Part shown: in pieces, positions 50,937 through 59,395 of the stretch
Position numbering within the stretch: position 1 is the stretch's first letter
Layout of the letters: each line of letters opens with the position of its first letter
Assembly (NCBI GenBank): GCA_963741165.1
Contig: CAVUHB010000004.1
Location: 202,413 to 266,412, forward strand
Source: Candidatus Acidiferrales bacterium
GTDB lineage: Bacteria > Acidobacteriota > Terriglobia > Acidiferrales > UBA7541
Reading direction: 5' to 3'
DNA: 64,000 bases
Program-made: the position numbers and the translations under genes
The notes under the pieces: model-generated
What the model saw: the letters and a program-made list of their open reading frames with translations, nothing else
What the model was told of the DNA's origin: nothing
Database searches by the model: none

Positions 50937-52166
50937 ATGAGCAGCGCCCTTACAAATTCGGCGGGACGACTCGGTTCCGGCCACGAAGCGCTACCTTATG
51001 AACACGTGCGCGCACTGCTCGACACCTTTGACAAGGCCATGCTAGTGGTTGACCGGCAGGGACACGTCCTGCTCACAAATACCAGAGCCCGTAAGTGCCT
51101 CGAAGAACACCAAAAAAACGAACAAATTGCATTCAACCTGTTTACGGATCTGCTGAACGTGGACGCCCAGGAGATTCTGCATCGCATTGAACTCGGTGAA
51201 CATGAAATCGAATTGCAGGGCAACACGACGATCAAGCCATATCGTGCGCGAGTGAGATGGATGCCGGAATCGGATTGGCTGGCGATCGAGATTTCGAACG
51301 AGGAGCGAGGCGATCGCGAGAGCATCGAGCAGACGCAGATTACCGTTCAAGAATTATTGCAGGAGCGTGAGATTACCTACCGAAACTTGCTGGCTGCCTA
51401 TTTGAAGTTGCAGGAAGTAAACCGGCAAAAGACGGTGTTTCTGGCTTCGGCCGCGCATGAACTGAAAACGCCGCTCGCGGTGATCAAGGGCTATTACGAT
51501 TTGCTGCTGACAGGCTCGCTCGGAAGACTGACGGAAAAGCAGAAGGATATTCTCGAGGAATCGAAGGAGAGTTGCGAGCGGCTGGTTCGACTGGTATCCA
51601 TGTTCCTGAACTACTCGGCACTCGAGAGCGGGAAGCTGGTGCTGCAACTCCGGGAAAACGATCTAAGGGATTGTCTGGAAGAGATGTCCAGCCGGTGGTC
51701 AGAGGCTTTCCAGCGCAAAGGCGTAAAACTCGAATCGCACCTGGATCCCTCGATTCCCACGTTTCGATTTGATTATCAGAAAGTCCAGCAAGCGGCGGCA
51801 AATCTCCTGGACAACGCATTGAAACATACCCCCGCGGGCGGAAGCGTAACCTTGCGGGCGAAGCCGCATTTCTGGGAACGCCGAGTGGCGGAAGTCTCGC
51901 CGGTCGAGGAACGGAGGAGATTCCGGCTGCCACGGCCGAACAGCGTGGAAGTCAGCGTAACCGATTCAGGTTCGGGGATAGCACCTGAACATCATCAGGA
52001 GATTTTTGAAGATTTCGTGCGGGTGGATCGCAATACATCGGGGATGGGCCTGGGGCTAGCGATCGCGAAACGTCTCATCCAGGCACATCGGGGAAAAATC
52101 TGGGTAGAGAGCGAGCACCAACATGGCAGCACCTTCGCATTTTTGCTGCCCATGGATCAGCAGTAG
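50937..52166 (+). CDS. Soluble sensor histidine kinase (PAS-like N-terminus, HisKA, HATPase_c)
   Basis: H-box AAHELKTPLAVIKGY, N-box LLDNALKHTP, G1 DSGSGI, G2 GMGLGLAIAKRL. No TM segment. Confidence 0.88.
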   Translation: MSSALTNSAGRLGSGHEALPYEHVRALLDTFDKAMLVVDRQGHVLLTNTRARKCLEEHQKNEQIAFNLFTDLLNVDAQEILHRIELGEHEIELQGNTTIKPYRARVRWMPESDWLAIEISNEERGDRESIEQTQITVQELLQEREITYRNLLAAYLKLQEVNRQKTVFLASAAHELKTPLAVIKGYYDLLLTGSLGRLTEKQKDILEESKESCERLVRLVSMFLNYSALESGKLVLQLRENDLRDCLEEMSSRWSEAFQRKGVKLESHLDPSIPTFRFDYQKVQQAAANLLDNALKHTPAGGSVTLRAKPHFWERRVAEVSPVEERRRFRLPRPNSVEVSVTDSGSGIAPEHHQEIFEDFVRVDRNTSGMGLGLAIAKRLIQAHRGKIWVESEHQHGSTFAFLLPMDQQ

Positions 52167-52207
52167 TCGGGCGGTAAGCGGGACGAACGGCGAAAAGGGG
52201 AAAAGCT

Positions 52208-53674
52208 ATGGCAGTGAAAGAACGAATTTTGGTCGTGGATGACGAGCCGAGCATACGCAAATACCTGCAAACGCTGCTCGAGGTGGATGGATTTGAAGTG
52301 GAGACGGTGAGTAGCGGGAAAGAAGCGCTCAACCGCGTGAATAAGGGCGAACGCCCCGACTTTATCATCCTCGATGTGCTCATGCCCGAGATGGGCGGAC
52401 TCGAAACATTGCAGGAATTAATGCTCCTCGATCGCACCTTGAACGTGATCATGCTGTCTTGTTCCAATGAAGTAGGCACAGTCGTTGAGGCAATCCGGTT
52501 GGGCGCGCACGATTACCTGACCAAACCGTTTGAAAAGACGGAACTCGACGCGGCCATGCTGAAGTCCCGACAGAAGAAGCAGTTGACGCAGGAAAACCAG
52601 GTTCTCCGCGATTATTGCGACCAGGTAACCGAGGATCTGAGTTTTCTCGTGGCTAGCCCACAGATGGTCAGAATCCGGCAGCAGATCTTGCAGATTGCCC
52701 CCGTCGATGTTCCGGTATTTATCTGCGGCGAAAGCGGGGTCGGGAAAGAAGTGGTTTCGCGCATGATCCATCTGCGCTCGAAGCGTAGGAACCAGCCCTT
52801 TATTAAGGTTAATTGCGCAGCGCTTCCCGGGGAATTACTGGAATCCGAGTTGTTCGGGTTTGAACAAGGCGCTTTCACGGGGGCGGTCCGGGCAAAGCCC
52901 GGCAAATTCGAACTAGCCAACAAAGGCACAATTTTTCTGGACGAAATTGCCGAGATGTCCGTGCACTTGCAGGCGAAATTGTTGCACGTGCTGCAGGATC
53001 ATCAGTACTCGAGACTGGGTGGGCGACATCTGGTAGAAACCGATGTGCGCGTACTGGCGGCAACCAACGTGGATGTTCAGGAAGCGATGAAAGACGGACG
53101 ATTCCGCGAAGATCTTTATTACCGGTTGAATGTGCTTTCCATTAACGTTCCGCCGCTGCGGGAAAGAACATCGGAAATCCCCCTGCTGTTCAAGCATTTT
53201 CTCGAAAAGTACACCGAGAAATTCGGGAAGCCGCAGCAGAATCCTTCCAAGCATCTCTTGGACGCGGCGGTGAACTATCCCTGGCCCGGAAACCTGCGGG
53301 AACTGGAAAACTTCGTAAAGCGTTACGTTATTTTGGAAGATGACGAAGGAAGTTTGCGCGAGTTGGTGGAAATGTCGGCAACCCGGCAACGGACCTCCCC
53401 ACGCCAGGAAGCACAACAACCACCACGCGAACAGGGTCTAAAGGCTCTGGTACGCGGACTGAAAGACGAAGCAGAAATGGAAGCGATTGCAGATGCCCTG
53501 GAGAAAACCAGGTGGTGCCGCAAAGACGCCGCGAAGATGCTGGGCATCAGCTACAAAGCACTGCTCTATAAGATGAGGCAGTTCAATCTCGATACTCCCC
53601 GAGCGCGCCGAACCGCTGTGAAGGCGGAAGTACAGGAAGGCTCCTCGGTTGGCGTGGGGTTGAAAGGCGAGTAG
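52208..53674 (+). CDS. Sigma-54-dependent response regulator (REC - AAA+ - Fis-type HTH; NtrC/PrsR-like)
   Basis: REC with DFIILDVLMPEMGG. Walker A GESGVGKE, the GAFTGA loop, and a C-terminal HTH (AAKMLGISYKALLYKMRQ). Confidence 0.92.
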   Translation: MAVKERILVVDDEPSIRKYLQTLLEVDGFEVETVSSGKEALNRVNKGERPDFIILDVLMPEMGGLETLQELMLLDRTLNVIMLSCSNEVGTVVEAIRLGAHDYLTKPFEKTELDAAMLKSRQKKQLTQENQVLRDYCDQVTEDLSFLVASPQMVRIRQQILQIAPVDVPVFICGESGVGKEVVSRMIHLRSKRRNQPFIKVNCAALPGELLESELFGFEQGAFTGAVRAKPGKFELANKGTIFLDEIAEMSVHLQAKLLHVLQDHQYSRLGGRHLVETDVRVLAATNVDVQEAMKDGRFREDLYYRLNVLSINVPPLRERTSEIPLLFKHFLEKYTEKFGKPQQNPSKHLLDAAVNYPWPGNLRELENFVKRYVILEDDEGSLRELVEMSATRQRTSPRQEAQQPPREQGLKALVRGLKDEAEMEAIADALEKTRWCRKDAAKMLGISYKALLYKMRQFNLDTPRARRTAVKAEVQEGSSVGVGLKGE

Positions 53675-53970
53675 CTAGGTCTAGTACGAAGTCGTTTTGA
53701 TTGGGTACAAAAAGTCAAAACATAGCTTGCAGGAAAAATCTGGGCGCGATATGTTGCGCATCGAAACGCCAACAGTCAAGTCGACCCAGTGCTCAGGGTG
53801 CGATGTTCCGGGTCCTGCTGCTGTTGGCTCTGGCGACGCCCGTTGCCGTCCTACTAAAGCTTTGGGCAATGTAGAGAGCAAGTATACGAAGCCAGGCTGT
53901 AATTGTGCGCATTGCTGAACTGCAGTGAATCGCGCGAATGTGGTGCCGGGCACCATCGGTAAGACAAGAG

Positions 53971-54330
53971 ATGGAGTCGAGAATGAGCTTGATGACAGAA
54001 CGCCGTACCGCACGACGTTATGACCTAACCCTACCCGTTATGATCCGATTTGCTGCGCAGAGGATCGTCGGGCGCCAAGAAGGCAAGACCCGAGATATCT
54101 CGACGAGAGGACTGTTTTTTGTCATTGACCGCGACATGGAAGCGGGATCCGAACTGGACATCACCTTGACACTGCCGGCAGAAATCACCAACGGAACGGA
54201 TGTCTTTGTTCGAGCGCAAGGAAAGGTTGTCCGCGTGGAAAGACGCGTAGAGGAAGGCGAACCGAAGATGGGCGTAGCCGCAGTTATTGAACGCTATGAC
54301 ATTATTCGGGGTGAAACTGGCCGAACCTAG
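53971..54330 (+). CDS. Stand-alone PilZ domain protein
   Basis: RRTARR ... DISTRG (RxxxR / DxSxxG). The start is the ATG at 53971 or 53983. Confidence 0.8.
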   Translation: MESRMSLMTERRTARRYDLTLPVMIRFAAQRIVGRQEGKTRDISTRGLFFVIDRDMEAGSELDITLTLPAEITNGTDVFVRAQGKVVRVERRVEEGEPKMGVAAVIERYDIIRGETGRT

Positions 54331-54557
54331 CGTTAGCCGAACGGTAGCTTTGTCACTAGCCTCGATAGTATAAGAGAACAAACGTTCCTGCCTTACGACC
54401 TAAGATTTCCCTCTCCTGACCGAACAAGAATCCGGGGGACCAACCCCAGTCCCGGTACTCTGAATCCGCACTCTTTCACAAGTGATTGATAATAAAACAA
54501 TTAAATGGATGCCAAGGCTCGAGAACATGGCCCTCGAAGGAAGGCCTTTGGTCGTTG

Positions 54558-55646
54558 ATGTGCACCGTAGAGTTACTGAACCATATGCCCCAAGACCAGC
54601 CCAACAAGTCTTTGCATGGGGAACGGCTTAACCCCACGCCACCGCTCGAGATCCTTTTTGGCCATTCCCAGGCCATGGCGGAAGTGCGGGCACGGGCTGA
54701 AAAAATCTCGCCGACAAATATCCCTGTGTTGCTGTGTGGGGAAGGGGGAACCGGGAAAGAAGTACTTGCGCGGTGGATCCATACGAATTCGGAGTATCGG
54801 GGCGGAGAATTCATCAAGGTCAATTGCGCGGCGATTCCTGGACCGTTGCTTGAAAGCGAGCTGTTCGGCTACGAACAAGGTGCGTTCACAGGAGCGGTGC
54901 AATCGAAGCCCGGACGTGTGGAATTGGCGGACCGCGGAACGCTTTTTCTCGATGAAATTGCGGACCTCGACCATAATCTTCAGAGCAAGTTGCTGCATTT
55001 CCTGCAGGACGGTACGTTTTCAAGGATTGGAGACCAATCCGAGCGGAAAGTGGATGTACGCGTATTGTGCGCCACAAACAAGGACCTCGACCGAGAAATG
55101 GCCGCGGGCAGATTCCGGGAAGATCTGTTTTATCGCATTCACGTGTTTCGTTTGAAAATGCCCGCACTGCGGGAGAGGCGCCAGGATATTCCGGCCCTGG
55201 CAGAGTTTTTTCGCAAGCATCACGAAACCCAGTTTGGAATAAGGGCGGAACCGTTTTCACCGGAAATGCTCGAATATCTGCAGAATCTCAATTGGAACGG
55301 GAACATACGCGAACTGTCGAATGGGATCGCCCGATACGTTTTGATTGGACCAGAAGTCGATCTGGCCCAAGAGCAGCCAAGGCGGGCCGCGACGGGCAAG
55401 CTCAGAGCAGCAGACGCCCAGACTGTTCCTCTCAAACGAGTGGCACGAGAGGCCATCAAGGAGATGGAGCGCAGCGTGATCCTTGAGGCGTTGCGGGCAA
55501 ATCAGTGGAATCGACGCAAGACCGCGGCGACGCTCAAGATAAGCTATCGGGCATTGATTTATAAGATTCGAGAGGCGGGATTTGTATCGCACCGATCGAG
55601 AGACGGTGCGCCGAACGAGCCAACCGTAAAAATCGCTTCGCAATAG
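54558..55646 (+). CDS. Sigma-54 enhancer-binding protein lacking any N-terminal sensory/receiver domain (PspF/HrpS-like architecture)
   Basis: Only about 30 aa precede the AAA+ core. Walker A GEGGTGKE, GAFTGA, Walker B LFLDEI, and a C-terminal HTH (AATLKISYRALIYKIRE). The start is uncertain (54486-54558). Confidence 0.88.
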   Translation: MCTVELLNHMPQDQPNKSLHGERLNPTPPLEILFGHSQAMAEVRARAEKISPTNIPVLLCGEGGTGKEVLARWIHTNSEYRGGEFIKVNCAAIPGPLLESELFGYEQGAFTGAVQSKPGRVELADRGTLFLDEIADLDHNLQSKLLHFLQDGTFSRIGDQSERKVDVRVLCATNKDLDREMAAGRFREDLFYRIHVFRLKMPALRERRQDIPALAEFFRKHHETQFGIRAEPFSPEMLEYLQNLNWNGNIRELSNGIARYVLIGPEVDLAQEQPRRAATGKLRAADAQTVPLKRVAREAIKEMERSVILEALRANQWNRRKTAATLKISYRALIYKIREAGFVSHRSRDGAPNEPTVKIASQ

Positions 55647-55755
55647 GAAGCAAACCAGAATTTAAGAACGTCAAACGATTGCCAGTAGCTCTGTCGACAC
55701 CCTCCGAGACTTTTCTAAGTGTTGGAATTTTGTCGTGATCTTTTCGGCGGGAAAA

Positions 55756-56001
55756 TCAGTTTGATGGCGGCTTCAGTAACCGTTTGTCGCAGTTTTCCCT
55801 GTCATTCATCTTGCAGTCGGATTCACGGCAATCGAACTCGCAAATCGCCACATCCAGTGGAACCGGCTCGGCCACCTGCCTGCGAATCCAGACCCATAGC
55901 TTATGAAACGGTCCCTCTTTTCGTTCGATCTCGTTTGGCATGTTTTCCTGGACCCCGTCCGTTCGGCAGTCGGGGAACTCGATCGGCTCCGCATCCGTCA
56001 C
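55756..56001 (-). CDS. Possible small Cys-rich protein (hypothetical)
   Basis: An 81-codon ORF with a GTG start. Third-codon positions are GC-rich, like neighbouring genes, and the composition is acidic and protein-like. The cysteine pattern is CEFDCRESDCKMNDRENC. The overlapping plus-strand ORF is Arg/Ser/Pro-rich and looks like a shadow. No homology was assessed. Confidence 0.35.
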   Translation of the reverse strand: MTDAEPIEFPDCRTDGVQENMPNEIERKEGPFHKLWVWIRRQVAEPVPLDVAICEFDCRESDCKMNDRENCDKRLLKPPSN

Positions 56002-56272
56002 GATCCCTCGGAATTCTCGCGAGTATACAGCACGGGGCCAAGTGCGGCCGAGAAATTAGCGAAATTCCGAGCAATGCCCGTTCGTAGCCAGCTCTGCCTT
56101 CAAGGGCAAGAAAATAAAGCGGTTCCGAGAGGGACAGGACCCTAGCTATAAGTTCTGGTACTAATATGTTCCTGCTGGACAGGAAAGTCGGCTGTCCCTA
56201 ATTGGGTCATCCCACCAGTTATGGAACTCGCTCCCGACACCTACTCTCTCTCTTCAAGCGGAGGGAGAGCCA

Positions 56273-58879
56273 ATGCGCGGGCGCCGGGCAGTCAGAGCAG
56301 GGAGTGACGAAAAGCCAAATCAAGCAAGGCGCCAGAATCTTGAGAGATTATTTGTTATCGTCGTGGCGCTTCTGCCGATCCTTCTTACGAGCGGTTGCAC
56401 CGGCCTGGTTTCCGGAAAACCTCAGACACCTCCTGTTGCCGCCAATTTTTCGGTTTCGCCTTCCACCGTAAATTTCGGGAAAGTGCTTACCGGCCAGAAA
56501 AGTTCTCAAACAGTTACACTCCTGAACACGGGCAGTGCCGCGGTAACGATTCAGCAAGTCGTACCCTCAACACCACAATTTGGAATCAGCGGAATCGCCT
56601 TGCCGATGACGATGTCGCCGGGGCAAAGTGCCAAGTTTGCGGTGTGGTTGAACGGAACTGCATCCGGAAGTGTGACCGGAACGTTGACGGTACAGAGTGA
56701 CGCCGGGAGCACGCCGGTTGTAGTGAGTCTTAGTGGAACGGTGACGACCAGCAACCAGGCAAAAATCACATTGAGCCCGGCCACGATCAATTTTGGTTCG
56801 GTTTCGATAGGAACCAAGGGCAGCTCGAATCTGTCCATTGGGAACAGTGGTGCCGCAGACCTGGTAGTTTCTGTGATCGCAGTGAACGGGGCCGAGTTTG
56901 CCTTGAGCGGAATTGCGACACCGCGCACGATCAGCGCGGGACAGTCCGTACCTGCTACGGTGACCTTCACTCCGACGGCCGCAGGCTCCGCGAGCGGAAG
57001 CATCACGCTCACCAGCAATGACCCAAGCGATCCGGTGGTGACTGTCGCCTTGAACGCGTCTGGTTCCACGACGCAGCAGGGTGAGCTGACCGTAACTCCC
57101 ACCAGCCTCAGTTTTGGAAGCGTGGCCACGGGCAGCAACACGACGCAAACGATTGCCCTGACAAATTCCGGCAATGCTCCTGTGCACATCTCAAGCGTGG
57201 TGCTGGCCGGAAAGGAATTCAGCGTAACGGGGCTGACGACGCCGGCGACGTTGAGCCCTTCAGGGAGTGCAACGCTAAGCGTAAAATTTGCACCGACCAC
57301 AGCGGGCAGCGCGACAGGGACCATTAAAGTAAGCAGCGACGCGCCCGGTTCGCCAGTGACTATTAATTTGTCTGGAACCGGTACGCAGGCCGGACTGAGT
57401 GTCTCGCCATCGAGCTTCAATTTTGGAAGTGTCGTGGACGGGCAAACCAAATCCCAACTCTTCACCGCTACAAATACAGGTACGGCTACACTGACGATTG
57501 CCCAAGTAACGGTGTCTGGCGCCGGGTATAGCGCGAGCGGACTGAATACACCCGCTACGATTGCAGCAGGAAAAAGCGCTACGTTCAGCGTGTTGTTTGC
57601 ACCTACCACGGCGGGAGCTCTCTCTGGAAGCGTGGCAGTTTCAAGCAACGCTGCGAGTTCGCCAGCATCGGTCGCGCTCAGCGGCACGGGAGTGGCGGCC
57701 ACGGTCACGGTTTCGGCCACACCTTCCAGTCTGAATTTCGGAACTGTGAATGCAGGAAGTTCGAGCGCCAAGAGTGTGACCTTGGCGAATGGAGGCAACT
57801 CGAGCGTGACGATTTCACAGATCGTCGTGAGTGCCAAGGATGTGAAGGCTAGTGGAGTTACAACTCCTCTAACTCTCACGCCAGGTCAGACGGCAGCCCT
57901 GAGCCTGACGTTTGCTCCCACCGCTTCGGAAACGGTCACCGGGAATGTCACTGTGACCAGCACGCAGGGTTCGAGTGCAGTCGTGCCGGTAAATGGCACT
58001 GGCGTACAGGCCGGTCTGACGGTGACTCCGGCGAACGTCGGTTTTGGCAACGTAACGGTCGGCTCGCCGAACTCTCAGACCATTCAACTGAGTAATACGG
58101 GTTCGGGCGTGCTGACGATTACCCAACTGAGCGTGGCCGGCAGCGGATTCACTACCAGTTCCGTAAATCTACCGATCTCGTTGAATCCCGGCGCTACCAC
58201 GAATTTCAACGCGCAATTTGCACCACAAGGCGCAGGCGCTGCAAACGGGAGCATTTCCCTTGTGAGCAATTCCCCAAGCTCTCCGAACGCCATTTCGTTG
58301 AGCGGAACCGGAATCGCGGCCAGCCTGACGCTGTCGATGAGCCCGTCGAGCCTCGCCTTCGGCACAGTCAATACCGGAAGCAGTGCGCAGCAAACCATCA
58401 GCATCAACAATACCGGCAACTCCAGCGTGACGATTTCTCAGATTACCGTGAGTGGAGCGGGCTTCAGTCTGGGGGGAGCAGGCACTCCGGTAACTTTGAC
58501 GGCTTCGCAAAGTATGCAGGTCACGGTTCAGTTCAACCCGACGGTTGGGGGAACTGTGAATGGAACGGTAACGGTAACCAGCAATGCGAGCGGGTCGCCG
58601 GCGAGTGCGGCAATTTCCGGTACCGGTTCGACCGCCACGCAACACACGGTGGCGCTAAGCTGGAATGCCAGTACGTCCACGGTCACGGGTTATAACGTAT
58701 ATCGCAGCACGGTCAGCGGCAGTGGATACACCAAGATCAATAGTTCACCTGTAGCAAGCCTCGGCTACAGCGATGCCAATGTGCAAAGTGCGCAAACCTA
58801 CTATTACGTGACAACCGCAGTCGACGGCAGCGGTACGGAGAGCAGTTACTCGAACGAAGCTCAGGTGAATATTCCCTGA
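56273..58879 (+). CDS. Large surface lipoprotein: about 8 tandem choice-of-anchor-D/ASH-like Ig domains + C-terminal FN3
   Basis: Lipobox LLTSGC. Units of about 100 aa repeat (..FG.V..G....Q...L.N.G...L.I..V..SG..F..SG...P..L..G.S....V.F.P...G...G...V.S......V.LSGTG). The C-terminal block is HTVALSWNAS..GYNVYRS...YYYV.TAVD..G.ESSYSNE. Confidence 0.85.
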   Translation: MRGRRAVRAGSDEKPNQARRQNLERLFVIVVALLPILLTSGCTGLVSGKPQTPPVAANFSVSPSTVNFGKVLTGQKSSQTVTLLNTGSAAVTIQQVVPSTPQFGISGIALPMTMSPGQSAKFAVWLNGTASGSVTGTLTVQSDAGSTPVVVSLSGTVTTSNQAKITLSPATINFGSVSIGTKGSSNLSIGNSGAADLVVSVIAVNGAEFALSGIATPRTISAGQSVPATVTFTPTAAGSASGSITLTSNDPSDPVVTVALNASGSTTQQGELTVTPTSLSFGSVATGSNTTQTIALTNSGNAPVHISSVVLAGKEFSVTGLTTPATLSPSGSATLSVKFAPTTAGSATGTIKVSSDAPGSPVTINLSGTGTQAGLSVSPSSFNFGSVVDGQTKSQLFTATNTGTATLTIAQVTVSGAGYSASGLNTPATIAAGKSATFSVLFAPTTAGALSGSVAVSSNAASSPASVALSGTGVAATVTVSATPSSLNFGTVNAGSSSAKSVTLANGGNSSVTISQIVVSAKDVKASGVTTPLTLTPGQTAALSLTFAPTASETVTGNVTVTSTQGSSAVVPVNGTGVQAGLTVTPANVGFGNVTVGSPNSQTIQLSNTGSGVLTITQLSVAGSGFTTSSVNLPISLNPGATTNFNAQFAPQGAGAANGSISLVSNSPSSPNAISLSGTGIAASLTLSMSPSSLAFGTVNTGSSAQQTISINNTGNSSVTISQITVSGAGFSLGGAGTPVTLTASQSMQVTVQFNPTVGGTVNGTVTVTSNASGSPASAAISGTGSTATQHTVALSWNASTSTVTGYNVYRSTVSGSGYTKINSSPVASLGYSDANVQSAQTYYYVTTAVDGSGTESSYSNEAQVNIP

Positions 58880-58897
58880 GTTGGCCAGCTCCTTCCA

Positions 58898-59395
58898 TTA
58901 CAGCTTGGACGGGTGTCTCGAGGGTTCCTTTGCACCGGAGATGCCCCATTTCCATCTGGCATAAAACCACACCAGAGACTGAGCCAGGACAGCACCCACT
59001 GCGTCCACTGCAACATCGCGGGTTTTGGCTTCGCGAAGGGGCACAAAAGACTGATGCCATTCGTCAACTCCGGCATAGCTGACGGCGAGGAACAGGGTGG
59101 CAAGGGCCCAGTTGAAACGCCAGCCAGTGCGGTTCCCACGAATCCCGTGAAAAACAGTAATGCTGAAGATCCCGAATTCGGTGACATGCGCCATCTTGCG
59201 AATTCCTATGTGCATGGCATGGATCATCCGAGCCGTAGCGTGAGGGAACAGTCGATGAAGAATGGGATTGATAAACCGTCCGGTTTGTTCACTGCTGAAA
59301 TAGTGGGTGGAGAAGACAGCGATCAAGATCGCGACCAGGATGGCGGGGATCCAATAGAGGAAACGCGACACGGGCTTGGAAGGTTCGTGCGTCAA
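58898..59395 (-). CDS. VanZ family membrane protein
   Basis: Four TM helices with KMAHVTEFGI and DEWHQSFVP..R....DV..D..GA blocks. A non-ATG start overlaps the rfbD stop. Confidence 0.75.
   Translation of the reverse strand: MTHEPSKPVSRFLYWIPAILVAILIAVFSTHYFSSEQTGRFINPILHRLFPHATARMIHAMHIGIRKMAHVTEFGIFSITVFHGIRGNRTGWRFNWALATLFLAVSYAGVDEWHQSFVPLREAKTRDVAVDAVGAVLAQSLVWFYARWKWGISGAKEPSRHPSKL

Noticed and set aside
50678-53690. The 10-mer GGTCTAGTAC occurs both at the PilZ 5' end (50679-50688) and just after the response-regulator stop (53678-53687).
   Set aside because: A single shared 10-mer in 128 kb of two-strand sequence is within chance expectation. The two copies share no flanking similarity.
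53741-53909. Several sigma-54-like strings lie upstream of the second PilZ gene: TGGGCGCGATATGTTGC (53741-53757), TGGCGACGCCCGTTGC (53831-53846) and AGGCTG-TAATT-GTGCG (53894-53909).
   Set aside because: The first two have an 11-nt GG-GC spacing. The third has the right spacing but weak -24 and -12 boxes. None is convincing without TSS data.
53751-53918. A 55-codon ORF with six Cys residues (CSGC ... CNCAHC) lies between the response regulator and PilZ genes.
   Set aside because: Its third-codon positions are not GC-enriched, unlike the real genes here. It has no Shine-Dalgarno sequence and overlaps the region where the PilZ promoter is expected. It is treated as a chance ORF unless conservation shows otherwise.
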